A stretch of 64,000 nt of DNA from Bacteroidaceae bacterium (GTDB taxonomy: Bacteria; Bacteroidota; Bacteroidia; Bacteroidales; Bacteroidaceae), in contig JAZTXR010000055.1 in the NCBI GenBank assembly GCA_045636545.1, positions 2,309 to 66,308 on the forward strand. The letters are read 5' to 3'. Position numbers and translations under genes: made by a program. Every line of letters begins with the position of its first letter. The stretch's first letter is position 1. The notes under the pieces were generated by a model, which saw only the letters and a program-made list of their open reading frames with translations, had not been told where the DNA came from and searched no databases. Below, piece after piece: positions 8,369 to 22,199 of this stretch.

Positions 8369-9766
8369 ATGAAAAATATCAGATATACAATAGCGACATT
8401 GCTCTTTATTGTGCTTTCGCATACAGCAGTGGCCCAGACTGCACTTTCGTCATATTTCCTTGACGGTATGTTGTATAACAGCAAACTTAACCCGGCAATG
8501 AAGGCGGAACGTGGTTATTTCTCTTTGCTTTTGGGTAATATGTCTGTGGGTACGAAAGGTAATGTGGGGCTTGCCAACTTCCTTTATCCTCGTGGTGAGA
8601 ATGAACTTGCTACTTTCATGAGCGGTTCAGTGACTGCCGATGAGTTCTTGAGCGGGATTCCCGAGAAAGTGAAGTTGGGCGTGAACATTGACGAGACCAT
8701 TATGGCTTTCGGGTTCCGCATGTTTGGCGGTTTCTTCTCTTTTGACCTCTCTTTGCATTCATCGGTGGATGCCTCTTTGCCGAAGGGGCTGTTTGAGTTC
8801 GCCAAGAAAGGGTTGCAGGAGGAGCGTTATAGCTTCTCGGGGCTCAATATCAATACGATGAACTATACTGCGGCTACCATAGGATACTCTCACAAGATAT
8901 TCGATGGCTTTCAGTTGGGTGTGAATGCCAAGTATCTGCTTGGCTTGGCGCACGCCGATATTTTTGTCGACAAGCTTGATGTGGAGCTCAGCGGCCAGCG
9001 TTGGATGGTCGAGAGCCACGCGCAGGCACAGGCGGCACTCCTGTGCAAGGCAGATGTTGAGGTGGATGAGAACAATGTTATAAAAAGTCTGGAACTTGCG
9101 CTGGAGGAAGAAGACCTGATGAAACTGCAGCCTTCTGGTGGCTTTGCCTTTGATTTGGGATTTGTGTACAATCTGGATAAATTCGTTCCGGGTCTGACAG
9201 TCTCGGCTTCGGTTGTCGATTTGGGTTATATCAACTGGAGGTATATGTTGAGCGGTCAAAGCACAGATGCCAAGGTGGAGTTCGATGGCTTTGGCGAGGT
9301 TGACTACAATGATGTCGAGGGTGTTGTGAATGCAGAGCTTGAGAAGCTTGCCGATGATGCTGCAAAACTGGTGGAGTTCAACTATAATGGTGAATCTTCT
9401 ATGAAGACTGGTCTGAACACGACAATGCATGTCGGTGCAGAGTACAATATGCCTTTCTACAGGCCACTTTCGGTTGGTGTGCTCTACAGTCAGTGTTTCT
9501 CGCCTTATGAGTCACGTAAATGGAACGAGGTCCGTGGTTTTGTTAATCTGTCGCCTGTAAAATGGTTTGAGTTGTCGGCCAACTATGGTTATGGTACCTA
9601 TGGCTATTCTTTGGGCTGGATGATAAACTTCCATCCGGCAGGCATCAATCTGTTTGTGGGTAGTGACTATATGGTTACAAAAGTTACACCGCAGTACATT
9701 CCTTTGAATGATATGAACTCGCATATAACATTCGGTCTTAACCTTGCATTGGGAAAACGCAAGTGA
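8369..9766 (+). CDS. predicted outer-membrane beta-barrel protein, family uncertain
   Basis: Signal peptide ending AVAQ/TA, alternating hydrophobic strands, aromatic-rich. The N-terminal SSYFLDGMLYNSKLNPAM motif resembles what I recall from DUF5723 / PorP-SprF-like Bacteroidota barrels (unverified recollection). 21-nt gap from the lipoprotein gene. Confidence 0.6.
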   Translation: MKNIRYTIATLLFIVLSHTAVAQTALSSYFLDGMLYNSKLNPAMKAERGYFSLLLGNMSVGTKGNVGLANFLYPRGENELATFMSGSVTADEFLSGIPEKVKLGVNIDETIMAFGFRMFGGFFSFDLSLHSSVDASLPKGLFEFAKKGLQEERYSFSGLNINTMNYTAATIGYSHKIFDGFQLGVNAKYLLGLAHADIFVDKLDVELSGQRWMVESHAQAQAALLCKADVEVDENNVIKSLELALEEEDLMKLQPSGGFAFDLGFVYNLDKFVPGLTVSASVVDLGYINWRYMLSGQSTDAKVEFDGFGEVDYNDVEGVVNAELEKLADDAAKLVEFNYNGESSMKTGLNTTMHVGAEYNMPFYRPLSVGVLYSQCFSPYESRKWNEVRGFVNLSPVKWFELSANYGYGTYGYSLGWMINFHPAGINLFVGSDYMVTKVTPQYIPLNDMNSHITFGLNLALGKRK

Positions 9767-9779
9767 TAGCGGTGCTGTA

Positions 9780-9828
9780 AAATACAGAGAGAAGCCCCTT
9801 TGGTTCGAAGGGGCTTCTCTCTGTATTT
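9780..9828. terminator. bidirectional terminator (21-bp perfect stem)
   Basis: AAATACAGAGAGAAGCCCCTT-TGGTTCG-AAGGGGCTTCTCTCTGTATTT between convergent genes. Confidence 0.8.
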
Positions 9829-9855
9829 ATGGTGTGTCGTGATTGCCGGTCAGCC

Positions 9856-10620
9856 TCATTTGCCGCGGAGTGCCTGCTCCTTGACCTGTCGCAGAATCTC
9901 GCTCGAGAAGAGGAACTCGTTGAGTTGTCTGTTGTCGGTGTTGAGTATCTGTGTCTTGTCTCCCTCCCAGGCAAGTCGGCCGCCCGACAGGAACAGGATG
10001 TGGTCGCCTATGTTCATGACGGAGTTCATGTCGTGCGTGTTTACTATGGTGGTTATCCCATACTCCTTTGTGATGTCGTGTATCAGCTCGTCTATCACAA
10101 GTGATGTCTGAGGGTCGAGTCCCGAGTTGGGCTCGTCGCAGAAAAGGTATTTAGGCTCAAGGGCAATGGCGCGGGCAATGGCGGCGCGTTTCTGCATGCC
10201 ACCCGAGAGTTCCTCGGGCGACTTGTCCTGTGCCTCGATGAGGTTCACTCTGTCGAGGCAGACTCTTGCGCGTGCCAGGCGCTCCTTGTAGGTCATGTTG
10301 GAGAACATGTCAAGCGGGAACATCACGTTCTCGAGCACGCTCATGGAGTCGAAGAGTGCGGCGCTCTGGAAAAGCATGCCAATCTCGCGCCTGATGGCGA
10401 TTTTCTCCTTCTCCTTCATTGTCGTAATGTTGCGCCCGTCATAGATGATTTTTCCTTTCTCGGGTGAGAGAAGGCCTACTATGCACTTGAGCAATACGGT
10501 CTTGCCGGCACCGCTCTGGCCAATGATGAGGTTGGTTATACCGTTGTCGAATGTGGCGCTCACGTCGTTGAGTACCGTCTTGTCTTCGAATTGTTTGTAT
10601 ATTGAACAGACTTCTATCAT
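9856..10620 (-). CDS. ABC transporter ATP-binding protein, MlaF-like
   Basis: Walker A GQSGAGKT, signature LSGGMQKR, Walker B LFCDEP. 4-nt overlap with the upstream MlaE-like permease gene. Confidence 0.85.
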   Translation of the reverse strand: MIEVCSIYKQFEDKTVLNDVSATFDNGITNLIIGQSGAGKTVLLKCIVGLLSPEKGKIIYDGRNITTMKEKEKIAIRREIGMLFQSAALFDSMSVLENVMFPLDMFSNMTYKERLARARVCLDRVNLIEAQDKSPEELSGGMQKRAAIARAIALEPKYLFCDEPNSGLDPQTSLVIDELIHDITKEYGITTIVNTHDMNSVMNIGDHILFLSGGRLAWEGDKTQILNTDNRQLNEFLFSSEILRQVKEQALRGK

Positions 10621-11366
10621 TGCATCATGATATTGGTTAACACTATGTCCGAGAAAAGTATCAGTGCGCTGCAGCTTACAACGGCATTCGTGCTGGCCTT
10701 GCCTACCTCTATGGAGCCGCCCTTTACGTTATAGCCGTAAAATGAAGCCACCGATGTGATGATGAAGGCAAAGAAGAAGCTCTTTATTATGCTGTACCAG
10801 ATGAACCATACCGTGAATTCGTGCTGCAGTCCCACGGTGAGTTCCTCTGTGGTCATTATGCCTGTGAGCTTGCCTATGAGGAACGCTCCACCTATGCCCG
10901 ATGCTATGCTGAAAATGACAAGGATGGGGATGGTGAGTACAAGGCCTGTTATCTTTGGCAATATAAGGAAATTTGCCGAGTTCACTCCCATCATCTCCAG
11001 TGCATCTATCTGTTGTGTCACCCTCATGGCTCCAATCTCGGAAGTGATGTTCGAGCCCACCTTTCCGGCCAGGATAAGGCACATGATGGTCGATGAGAAC
11101 TCGAGCAGCAACACCTCGCGTGTGGCGTATCCCGTTACGAACTTCGGCATCCAGGGGCTCTCGACGTTGGTCTTCATCTGTATGCACAGCGCGGCACCGA
11201 TGAACAGTGATATGATGAGCACGATGGGGATGGAGTTGATGCCCAACTGGTATATCTCGTGAAGGGTGCGGCGGCAGAACATGTTCCATCGTTCCGGCTT
11301 GGTAAGCACGCGGCCCATAAGCAACAGGTAGTTGCCGAATGTCTTTATGGCTTCTGTAAGTATCAT
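10617..11366 (-). CDS. ABC transporter permease, MlaE/YrbE-like
   Basis: ~250-aa multi-pass permease paired with the MlaF-like ATPase. ATG at 11366 preferred, because the track's TTG at 11399 lies inside a TAACTTTG -7 box (11397-11404, minus strand). Confidence 0.8.
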   Translation of the reverse strand: MILTEAIKTFGNYLLLMGRVLTKPERWNMFCRRTLHEIYQLGINSIPIVLIISLFIGAALCIQMKTNVESPWMPKFVTGYATREVLLLEFSSTIMCLILAGKVGSNITSEIGAMRVTQQIDALEMMGVNSANFLILPKITGLVLTIPILVIFSIASGIGGAFLIGKLTGIMTTEELTVGLQHEFTVWFIWYSIIKSFFFAFIITSVASFYGYNVKGGSIEVGKASTNAVVSCSALILFSDIVLTNIMMQ

Positions 11367-11540
11367 CTTGATGTGTGTCCAAAGAATAGTCGTGTGCAAA
11401 GTTACTACTTTTTGTCTTTTTATAGTGTCATAAACTGTTTAAATTTCCAAAAACACTCTTTGGGGCTTGTGTGTGGGTGCTTTCTGCCCGCTTTGTAAAA
11501 AAATCTTGAAACAAGATACATTTTTCTCACCCGTTTGCCG

Positions 11541-11548
11541 TATCTTTG
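11541..11548 (+). promoter_or_regulatory. -7 box TATCTTTG (lptB promoter)
   Basis: TAnnTTTG match 31 nt upstream of the lptB ATG, in a divergent intergenic region. Confidence 0.45.
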
Positions 11549-11578
11549 TTCTATAAGTAAAAAAGTTGACAGCGCGAT

Positions 11579-12355
11579 ATGGAAAATGTTATTTCTGAAA
11601 ATGTTGATAAAGCTACAGTCCTGCGTACCGAGGGGCTTGTAAAGAAATACGGTAACCGTACGGTGGTGAACAATGTGTCGTTCAATGTCAGGCAGGGCGA
11701 GATTGTGGGCTTGCTGGGACCTAATGGTGCAGGAAAGACCACATCGTTCTATATGACTACAGGGCTGGTCACTCCCGATGGCGGTCGCATTTTCCTTGAT
11801 GAGAAGGATATTACCAAATATCCGGTCTACAAACGTGCACGTGCCGGCATTGGCTATCTGGCACAGGAAGCCAGCGTGTTCCGCAAGATGACGGTAGAGG
11901 ACAATATCGCATCTGTGTTGGAGATGACGGGCAAGCCGCTTGAGTACCAGAAAGAGAAACTGGAGAGCCTGATTGCGGAGTTCCGCCTGCAGAAGGTGCG
12001 CAAGAATCTGGGCGACCGTCTCTCGGGTGGTGAGCGCCGCCGTACCGAGATTGCGCGCTGCCTGGCAATAGACCCCAAATTCATTATGCTTGACGAGCCT
12101 TTTGCCGGAGTGGACCCCATTGCCGTTGAGGATATCCAGTATATTGTGTGGAAACTTAAGGACAAGAATATCGGTATCCTTATCACCGACCACAATGTAC
12201 AGGAGACCTTGAGCATCACGGACCGTGCCTATCTGCTGTTTGAGGGGCGTGTGCTGTTCGAGGGAACCTCGGAGGAACTTGCCGACAACCCTATCGTTCG
12301 TGAGAAGTATCTTGGCCGCGATTTCGTGCTCCGCAAGCGCGAGTTCCAGTTCTGA
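11579..12355 (+). CDS. lptB: LPS export ABC transporter ATP-binding protein LptB
   Basis: [38 protein letters not shown]. Size and motifs typical of LptB. Confidence 0.9.
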   Translation: MENVISENVDKATVLRTEGLVKKYGNRTVVNNVSFNVRQGEIVGLLGPNGAGKTTSFYMTTGLVTPDGGRIFLDEKDITKYPVYKRARAGIGYLAQEASVFRKMTVEDNIASVLEMTGKPLEYQKEKLESLIAEFRLQKVRKNLGDRLSGGERRRTEIARCLAIDPKFIMLDEPFAGVDPIAVEDIQYIVWKLKDKNIGILITDHNVQETLSITDRAYLLFEGRVLFEGTSEELADNPIVREKYLGRDFVLRKREFQF

Positions 12356-12551
12356 TAGCCCCCGGAGTGTGGCGGAACGTTCCACAATAACCGTTTTTGT
12401 ATTGTCTGTTGCGTGCCTGTTGTCAACAAAATCGCTTTTTGCTTGATTTTGTGCTCAACTTGTTGTATTTTTGTGCGCTTTAAATTAAGGTGCGGTCTAT
12501 GCCTTGTCGGCAGGCCGCATTGCAAGAACGAAACATTAAAATTTTATATAC

Positions 12552-13895
12552 ATGGAATTTACACTTAAAAATCAGGATGCTACAAGTGCAATCCTTTCGG
12601 TAAACATTCAGGAGGCCGATTATGCGGCTTTGGTTGAGAAGCAGTTGAAAAATTTCCGTCAGAAGGCGAATATCCCGGGTTTCCGTCCCGGTATGGTGCC
12701 TATGGGCTTGATAAAGAAGCAGTACGGTACAGCTGTAAAGGCTGAAGAGATCAACAAGTTGTTGCAGACAAAGATTTTCGAATATATCAGAGAGAACAAG
12801 ATTGACATGCTTGGCGAGCCACTCCCAATCGAGGAGCAGCAGGCAAACATCAACATGGCCGAGGACAAGGAGTTCACTTTCGAGTTCGAGATTGCTCTTG
12901 CTCCAAAGTTTGATGCTGTCCTTGACAAGAATGATGCTCTTGCATACTACAGAATACAGCCTACCGACGAGATGGTACAGAGCCAGGTTGATGCTTTTGC
13001 ACAGCGCTGCGGCGAGTACAAGCAGGTTGAGGCTTACGAGAATGGCGATATGCTCAAGGGTACATTGACCGAGGCTGTCGAGAATGGCGTTGTCGTACGT
13101 GAGGCTGTGATGATGCCTTCATACATGAAGAACGACGAGCAGAAGGCTCTCTTTGCAGGTTCAAAGGTTAACGATGTCGTTACATTCAATCCCTTCACAG
13201 CATTCGATGGCAACGAGGCCGAACTTGCTTCACTTCTCAAGGTTGAGAAGAGCGAGGTTGCTGCCCACAATGGCGAGTTTACATTCGCTGTGAGCGAGAT
13301 TACACGTTTCGTTGCAAGCGAAATCAACCAGAATGTGTTCGATGCAGCGTTCGGCAAGGATGCTGTGAAGAGCGAGGAGGAGTTCCGCGCCAAGATTGCC
13401 GAGCAGTTCGAGGCACGTTTCGAGGTTGAGAGTGACTACAAACTCTTGATGGACGTGCGTGAATATCTTATGGACAAGGTGGGCAAGCTCGAATTCAACG
13501 AGGCTATCCTCCGTCGCATCATGGATGCAAACAAGGCCGAGGGTGAGACTGTAAGCGAGGAGGAGTTCCAGAAGAGCCTTACCGAGCTTCGTTGGCATCT
13601 GGTCAAGGAGCAGCTCGCGAAGAAGTTCGAGGTCAAGATTGATGACAACGATGTCCTCAATGTTGCTAAGGGCGCTACACGCGACCAGTTCGCACAGTAC
13701 GGTATGGCAAATGTTCCCGAGGATTTGCTCGAGAACTATGCAAAGGAGATGCTCAAGCAGGAGAAGACACGCGAGGCTCTCATCAACCGTGCGGTAGACG
13801 TGAAGCTTATCCAGGCTATCAAGGCTGCCATTACCTTGAACGAGGAGAAAGTTTCTGTTGATGAGTTCAACAAAAAGGTGTCTGAGAACGCTTAA
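12552..13895 (+). CDS. tig: trigger factor
   Basis: N-terminal ribosome-binding region with GFRPGMVP motif, 447 aa, followed by clpP-clpX. Confidence 0.9.
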   Translation: MEFTLKNQDATSAILSVNIQEADYAALVEKQLKNFRQKANIPGFRPGMVPMGLIKKQYGTAVKAEEINKLLQTKIFEYIRENKIDMLGEPLPIEEQQANINMAEDKEFTFEFEIALAPKFDAVLDKNDALAYYRIQPTDEMVQSQVDAFAQRCGEYKQVEAYENGDMLKGTLTEAVENGVVVREAVMMPSYMKNDEQKALFAGSKVNDVVTFNPFTAFDGNEAELASLLKVEKSEVAAHNGEFTFAVSEITRFVASEINQNVFDAAFGKDAVKSEEEFRAKIAEQFEARFEVESDYKLLMDVREYLMDKVGKLEFNEAILRRIMDANKAEGETVSEEEFQKSLTELRWHLVKEQLAKKFEVKIDDNDVLNVAKGATRDQFAQYGMANVPEDLLENYAKEMLKQEKTREALINRAVDVKLIQAIKAAITLNEEKVSVDEFNKKVSENA

Positions 13896-13914
13896 TGAAT
13901 AGACAATGGGTATG

Positions 13915-13957
13915 TATCCGGCCTATTGGCTTTGCCCGATAGGCCGGATATGTTTTT
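13915..13957 (+). terminator. hairpin plus T-run between tig and clpP
   Basis: TATCCGGCCTAT-n12-ATAGGCCGGATA then TGTTTTT. Confidence 0.6.
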
Positions 13958-13984
13958 AGTAACAACAAATAAAGTAAGTGTCGT

Positions 13985-14656
13985 ATGGATAGAGATGATT
14001 TTAGGAAATATGCTACCAAGCATCTTGGTATGAACAGTATGGTGCTCGACGATGTGATGAAGGCACAGTCGCAGTACCTGAACCCATATATTCTTGAGGA
14101 GAGACAGTTGAACGTGACACAGATGGATGTATTCTCGCGCCTGATGATGGACAGAATCATCTTCTTGGGTACTCAGATTGACGATTATACAGCCAACACC
14201 CTGCAGGCGCAGTTGCTGTATCTCGATTCTGTTGACAGCGGCAAGGATATCTCCATCTATATAAACTCTCCCGGTGGTTCGGTATATGCCGGCCTGGGTA
14301 TCTATGATACAATGCAGTTCATCTCGAGCGATGTGGCAACTATCTGTACAGGTATGGCTGCAAGTATGGCTGCGGTGCTGCTTGTTGCAGGTGCCGAGGG
14401 TAAGCGTTCGGCATTGACACACAGCCGTGTGATGATACACCAGCCTCTTGGCGGTGTGCAGGGTCAGGCGAGTGATATCGAGATTACGGCGCGTGAGATA
14501 CAGAAACTCAAGAAGGAACTATATACAATAATCTCCGACCATAGCAAGCAACCGTTCGACAAGGTGTGGGCCGACAGTGACCGCGATTACTGGATGACTG
14601 CTGCCGAGGCGCAGGAGTATGGTATGATTGACCGTGTCCTTACACGTAAAATCTGA
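13985..14656 (+). CDS. clpP: ATP-dependent Clp protease proteolytic subunit
   Basis: ClpP core with Ser context GMAASMAA and His context VMIHQPLGG. Confidence 0.95.
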   Translation: MDRDDFRKYATKHLGMNSMVLDDVMKAQSQYLNPYILEERQLNVTQMDVFSRLMMDRIIFLGTQIDDYTANTLQAQLLYLDSVDSGKDISIYINSPGGSVYAGLGIYDTMQFISSDVATICTGMAASMAAVLLVAGAEGKRSALTHSRVMIHQPLGGVQGQASDIEITAREIQKLKKELYTIISDHSKQPFDKVWADSDRDYWMTAAEAQEYGMIDRVLTRKI

Positions 14657-14664
14657 TTTGACCA

Positions 14665-15888
14665 ATGGCTGAAAAAGGAAAAAAACGTTGCAGTTTCTGC
14701 GGCAGGACAGAGGAACAGGTTGCATTGCTCATGACCGGAATGACCGGATATATATGCAACGACTGTGTGGAGCAGGCTCATAATATCCTGCGTGATGAGG
14801 CTCTCTTGCCAAAGAGCGACTTTGAGATGAAGGAACTGCCCAAACCAAAGGAGATAAAGGCGTTCCTCGATGAGTATGTCATTGGTCAGGATGAGGCCAA
14901 ATGTGCGCTTGCGGTGTCGGTCTACAACCACTACAAGCGACTCATGCAGCGCGGGGCTGCCGACGATGTGGAGATAGAGAAGAGCAACATCATTATGGTG
15001 GGCAGTACGGGTACGGGCAAGACATTGCTTGCACGCACCATTGCCAAACTGTTGAAGGTGCCATTTACCATTGTCGATGCCACGGTGCTCACCGAGGCCG
15101 GTTATGTGGGTGAGGATATCGAGAGTATCCTGACACGTCTTCTGCAGGTGGCCGACTATAACGTTGAGGAGGCCGAACGCGGTATCGTCTTCATTGACGA
15201 GATTGACAAGATTGCCCGTAAGAGTGACAACCCTTCCATTACGCGCGATGTGAGCGGTGAGGGTGTGCAGCAGGGACTGCTGAAACTGCTCGAGGGCTCT
15301 GTGGTTAATGTTCCACCCCAGGGCGGCCGCAAACACCCCGACCAGAAGATGATTGCAGTGAACACAAAACACATCCTCTTTATTTGCGGTGGTGCGTTCG
15401 ACGGCATAGAGAAGAAGATTGCACAGCGCCTGAACACTCACGTCGTGGGTTACAATTCGGTGCAGAACAAGATGAACATTGACAAGGGTGACATGATGCA
15501 GTACATCATGCCGCAGGATTTGCGCTCGTTCGGGTTGATTCCCGAGATTATTGGCCGTTTGCCAATCCTTACCTCGTTGCGCCCTCTTGACCGTGCCACT
15601 TTGCGTAATATTCTCACAGAACCCAAGAACTCCATCATAAAGCAGTATGTCAAGCTTATGGAGATGGATGGGGTGAAGCTGACATTCGATGACGATACAT
15701 TGGAGTACATCGTGGACACGGCTGTCGAGTATAAGCTCGGAGCCCGCGGTTTGCGTTCCATCGTGGAGACGATAATGATGGAGAAGATGTTCGAGATCCC
15801 GTCGAGTGGTGTGGATACCTGTGAAATAACAAAGGAGTATGCACGGGCGCAGGTGGAGAAGAGTACGGCCATAAAATGTGCTGTCTGA
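14665..15888 (+). CDS. clpX: ATP-dependent Clp protease ATP-binding subunit ClpX
   Basis: N-terminal zinc ribbon CSFCG...CNDC, Walker A GSTGTGKT, Walker [10 protein letters not shown]. Confidence 0.95.
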   Translation: MAEKGKKRCSFCGRTEEQVALLMTGMTGYICNDCVEQAHNILRDEALLPKSDFEMKELPKPKEIKAFLDEYVIGQDEAKCALAVSVYNHYKRLMQRGAADDVEIEKSNIIMVGSTGTGKTLLARTIAKLLKVPFTIVDATVLTEAGYVGEDIESILTRLLQVADYNVEEAERGIVFIDEIDKIARKSDNPSITRDVSGEGVQQGLLKLLEGSVVNVPPQGGRKHPDQKMIAVNTKHILFICGGAFDGIEKKIAQRLNTHVVGYNSVQNKMNIDKGDMMQYIMPQDLRSFGLIPEIIGRLPILTSLRPLDRATLRNILTEPKNSIIKQYVKLMEMDGVKLTFDDDTLEYIVDTAVEYKLGARGLRSIVETIMMEKMFEIPSSGVDTCEITKEYARAQVEKSTAIKCAV

Positions 15889-15910
15889 TGTGTATTCTCT
15901 CTGTATAAAC

Positions 15911-15938
15911 CGGCAGACTTCGCACGCGAAGCCTGCCG
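15911..15938 (+). terminator. hairpin after clpX
   Basis: CGGCAGACTTCG-CACG-CGAAGCCTGCCG (1 mismatch), weak T-run. Confidence 0.45.
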
Positions 15939-16019
15939 ATTGTTTTATGCCTGCCGTTTTTTTTGTGCCACCAATGAAAATAAATTTGAAAAAAGTTGTG
16001 CGTTTAATTGATATATTTA

Positions 16020-16027
16020 TAACTTTG
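16020..16027 (+). promoter_or_regulatory. -7 box TAACTTTG (recQ promoter)
   Basis: TAnnTTTG match 24 nt upstream of the recQ ATG. Confidence 0.45.
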
Positions 16028-16050
16028 TTTTCAAATAGGCATGTTATAAA

Positions 16051-19736
<3,686 letters not shown>

Positions 19737-19748
19737 GAAGAAACTATA

Positions 19749-21164
19749 ATGGGAATAAGAAATATTGCAGCACTTTTTCTGCTGGCATCTACAACTGCAT
19801 TGGCACAGGTTACAGACCCTGTGCTAATGCGCGTTAATGGGAAAGAGGTTACACGTTCCGAGTTCGAGTATGCCTTCAACAAGAACAACAATAATCTTGC
19901 AGGCGAGGGACAGAGCGTGGAGGAGTATCTGCCTATGTATGTCGACTTCAAATTGAAAGTGGCCGAGGCCGAGGCGTTGCAGCTCGATACATTGACCTCT
20001 TTCAAGGAGGAGTATGAACGTGACCGCAACCTCATGGCCGAAAGCTATCTTGTCGATAGCTGTTTCATAAATGATGAGGCCTACAAGGTCTATGCAAAGG
20101 ATTCGGCGACCATTGGTCTTGATGGTTTCATTGAGGTTGCACATATAGTCTTCCTTGCGAAGCAGACGGCTCCATCGGCCGATGTCGAGCTTGCAAAAGC
20201 AAGGATTGACTCGGCATACACAATGCTCAATGAGGGCAAGACCTTTGAGGATGTTGCCAAGTATTTCAACATCCCTGCACAGGCTCTCCGTTCGTTCGAG
20301 ATTGTGCGCGGTCAGGTGTATCCCGAATTCGAACAGGCTGCCTTTGCGCTTGCCGATGGCAGTTATTCGGCTCCGTTCGAGTCGCCGGCCGGCTTCCATA
20401 TCGTGAAGCGCATATCCTCTCGTCCGTTCGGCTCTTTCGAGGAGTACAAGCCGGCAATCATTAATATGCTTGAACAGCAGAACATCCGCGAAGCTGCCAG
20501 GATGAAACGTGGTCGTGACCTTGCTGCTGCTTTCGGCGGTGACATTACGCCGCAGGAGGCTCTTGCCCGTGAGGACAGCCTGCTCGAGAGCAAGTATCCT
20601 GAATTCGGTAACCTTATGCGCGAATATTACGAGGGTCTTCTGTTCTTTGAGGTATCTACCCGCGAGGTGTGGGACAAGGTGGCTGCCGATGAGGAGGGGC
20701 TTGCAAAGCATTTCAAGAAGAACAGGAAAAAATACAGGTTCGACACTCCACGTTTCCGTGGGGCTGTGGTTCAGGCCAACAGTCAGGAGAATCTCGATGT
20801 GATAAAGGGCATTCTTGCCGGACAGGAATTTGATAACTACAAATCGGCAATAGAGGAAAAACTGCCGAAGGATTCTGTGCGCACTGTGCGTGTCGAGGTT
20901 GGTATTTTTGCAGTCGGTGACAATGCCTGGGTTGACAGCAAGGTGTTCGGCCAGGGCGAGGGCGGCAAGTTGCGTCGTGGTTTTGTTGTTGCAGAGACAG
21001 TCGGCGAGGTCATTGATGCTCCCCAGACGTACAAGGATGTGAAAGGAGTGGTGACTGCCGATTACCAGAAATACCTTGAAGAGAAGTGGGTGAAGAGCCT
21101 GCGCAAGAAGTATAAGGTCAAGATTGACAAGGAAGTGCTAAAAACAGTTAACAATCACGATTAA
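19749..21164 (+). CDS. PpiC/parvulin-type peptidyl-prolyl isomerase, periplasmic chaperone-like
   Basis: Signal peptide, SurA-N-like region, parvulin motif SPAGFHIVKR. Confidence 0.75.
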   Translation: MGIRNIAALFLLASTTALAQVTDPVLMRVNGKEVTRSEFEYAFNKNNNNLAGEGQSVEEYLPMYVDFKLKVAEAEALQLDTLTSFKEEYERDRNLMAESYLVDSCFINDEAYKVYAKDSATIGLDGFIEVAHIVFLAKQTAPSADVELAKARIDSAYTMLNEGKTFEDVAKYFNIPAQALRSFEIVRGQVYPEFEQAAFALADGSYSAPFESPAGFHIVKRISSRPFGSFEEYKPAIINMLEQQNIREAARMKRGRDLAAAFGGDITPQEALAREDSLLESKYPEFGNLMREYYEGLLFFEVSTREVWDKVAADEEGLAKHFKKNRKKYRFDTPRFRGAVVQANSQENLDVIKGILAGQEFDNYKSAIEEKLPKDSVRTVRVEVGIFAVGDNAWVDSKVFGQGEGGKLRRGFVVAETVGEVIDAPQTYKDVKGVVTADYQKYLEEKWVKSLRKKYKVKIDKEVLKTVNNHD

Positions 21165-21329
21165 GCAAGATGTTTTTGTATCTTTGCGGCCGCAAACAGA
21201 TACAGCATTTGTTGTGAAAGGTATGGACGCAACTTCATGTTTCTCGCTTGTTTGTTAATGTTTTGGCCCATGGCCTGATTTCAGAAATATTGTAATGCTC
21301 CCTTGCGGAGTGCATATACGGATAGACTG

Positions 21330-22184
21330 ATGCACTGTAACGGATTATTGAAATATATGTGCCTGTTAACTCTCCCGGCGTTGCTTTTTGCATGCCGGGA
21401 AGAGGTGTCTTATGTAGAGAGGAGTGCTGTAGCCAATGTAGGAGACCATTTTCTATACAAGGATGAGGCCGATATCATATATGCACAGCAGGGACGGGGC
21501 ACCGACAGTGTGGCTTTTATGCAGGACTACATTGAGCGTTGGGCCATTGATGCGCTTTTCTATGAAAAGGCAAAGGAGAACGTTGTGGCAACGGATGAGA
21601 TTGACAGGATGGTAGAGAACTATCGTGCCAGTCTTATACAGAACCTCTATCAGGACAGGCTCATTACCCAGCAACTGCTGCCAACCATTTCCGATGCCGA
21701 GGTGCGCGATTTTTACGATAAGGAACAGTCGTTGTTCGAGTTGTCCGAGCCATACGTGAAAGGCTTCTATGTGAAGCTGCCGCCCAAGGCCAAGACACGC
21801 GATGTGCGGAATTGCTTTCTGCGCAACGGACAGGAAAACCTTGAGGAGTTGGAGAGACTGTGCACTGAAAACGGCTATGAGTATCAGTTCTTTATGGAAG
21901 AGTGGATGCCTTTTGCCGATTTGGCGCACAAGACACCGCTCACCGAACAGCAGCTTATGGAGCGCCTGCTCAGGAAGAGTGTCATTGAATTTACTGAGGA
22001 GAGATGTACATATTTCATCTGTGCCGATTCGATATTGAAAAGAAACGATGCCAAGCCCATAGAGATGGTGTCCGATGAGATAAAGGAACTGCTGCTCAAT
22101 TCAAAGAAGGCAAAGTTCATAAAGCAGGTAAAGCGCTCTCTCTATGAAGAGGCGTTGAAGAGTGGTAGGGTTATTTTGTATTAA
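21330..22184 (+). CDS. putative lipoprotein, SurA-N/chaperone-like by context
   Basis: ATG at 21330 gives MHCNGLLKYMCLLTLPALLFAC (lipobox). The track start at 21303 is TTG. Sits between two PPIase genes. No rotamase motif seen. Confidence 0.5.
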   Translation: MHCNGLLKYMCLLTLPALLFACREEVSYVERSAVANVGDHFLYKDEADIIYAQQGRGTDSVAFMQDYIERWAIDALFYEKAKENVVATDEIDRMVENYRASLIQNLYQDRLITQQLLPTISDAEVRDFYDKEQSLFELSEPYVKGFYVKLPPKAKTRDVRNCFLRNGQENLEELERLCTENGYEYQFFMEEWMPFADLAHKTPLTEQQLMERLLRKSVIEFTEERCTYFICADSILKRNDAKPIEMVSDEIKELLLNSKKAKFIKQVKRSLYEEALKSGRVILY

Positions 22185-22199
22185 TGTAAAATATAGGAA

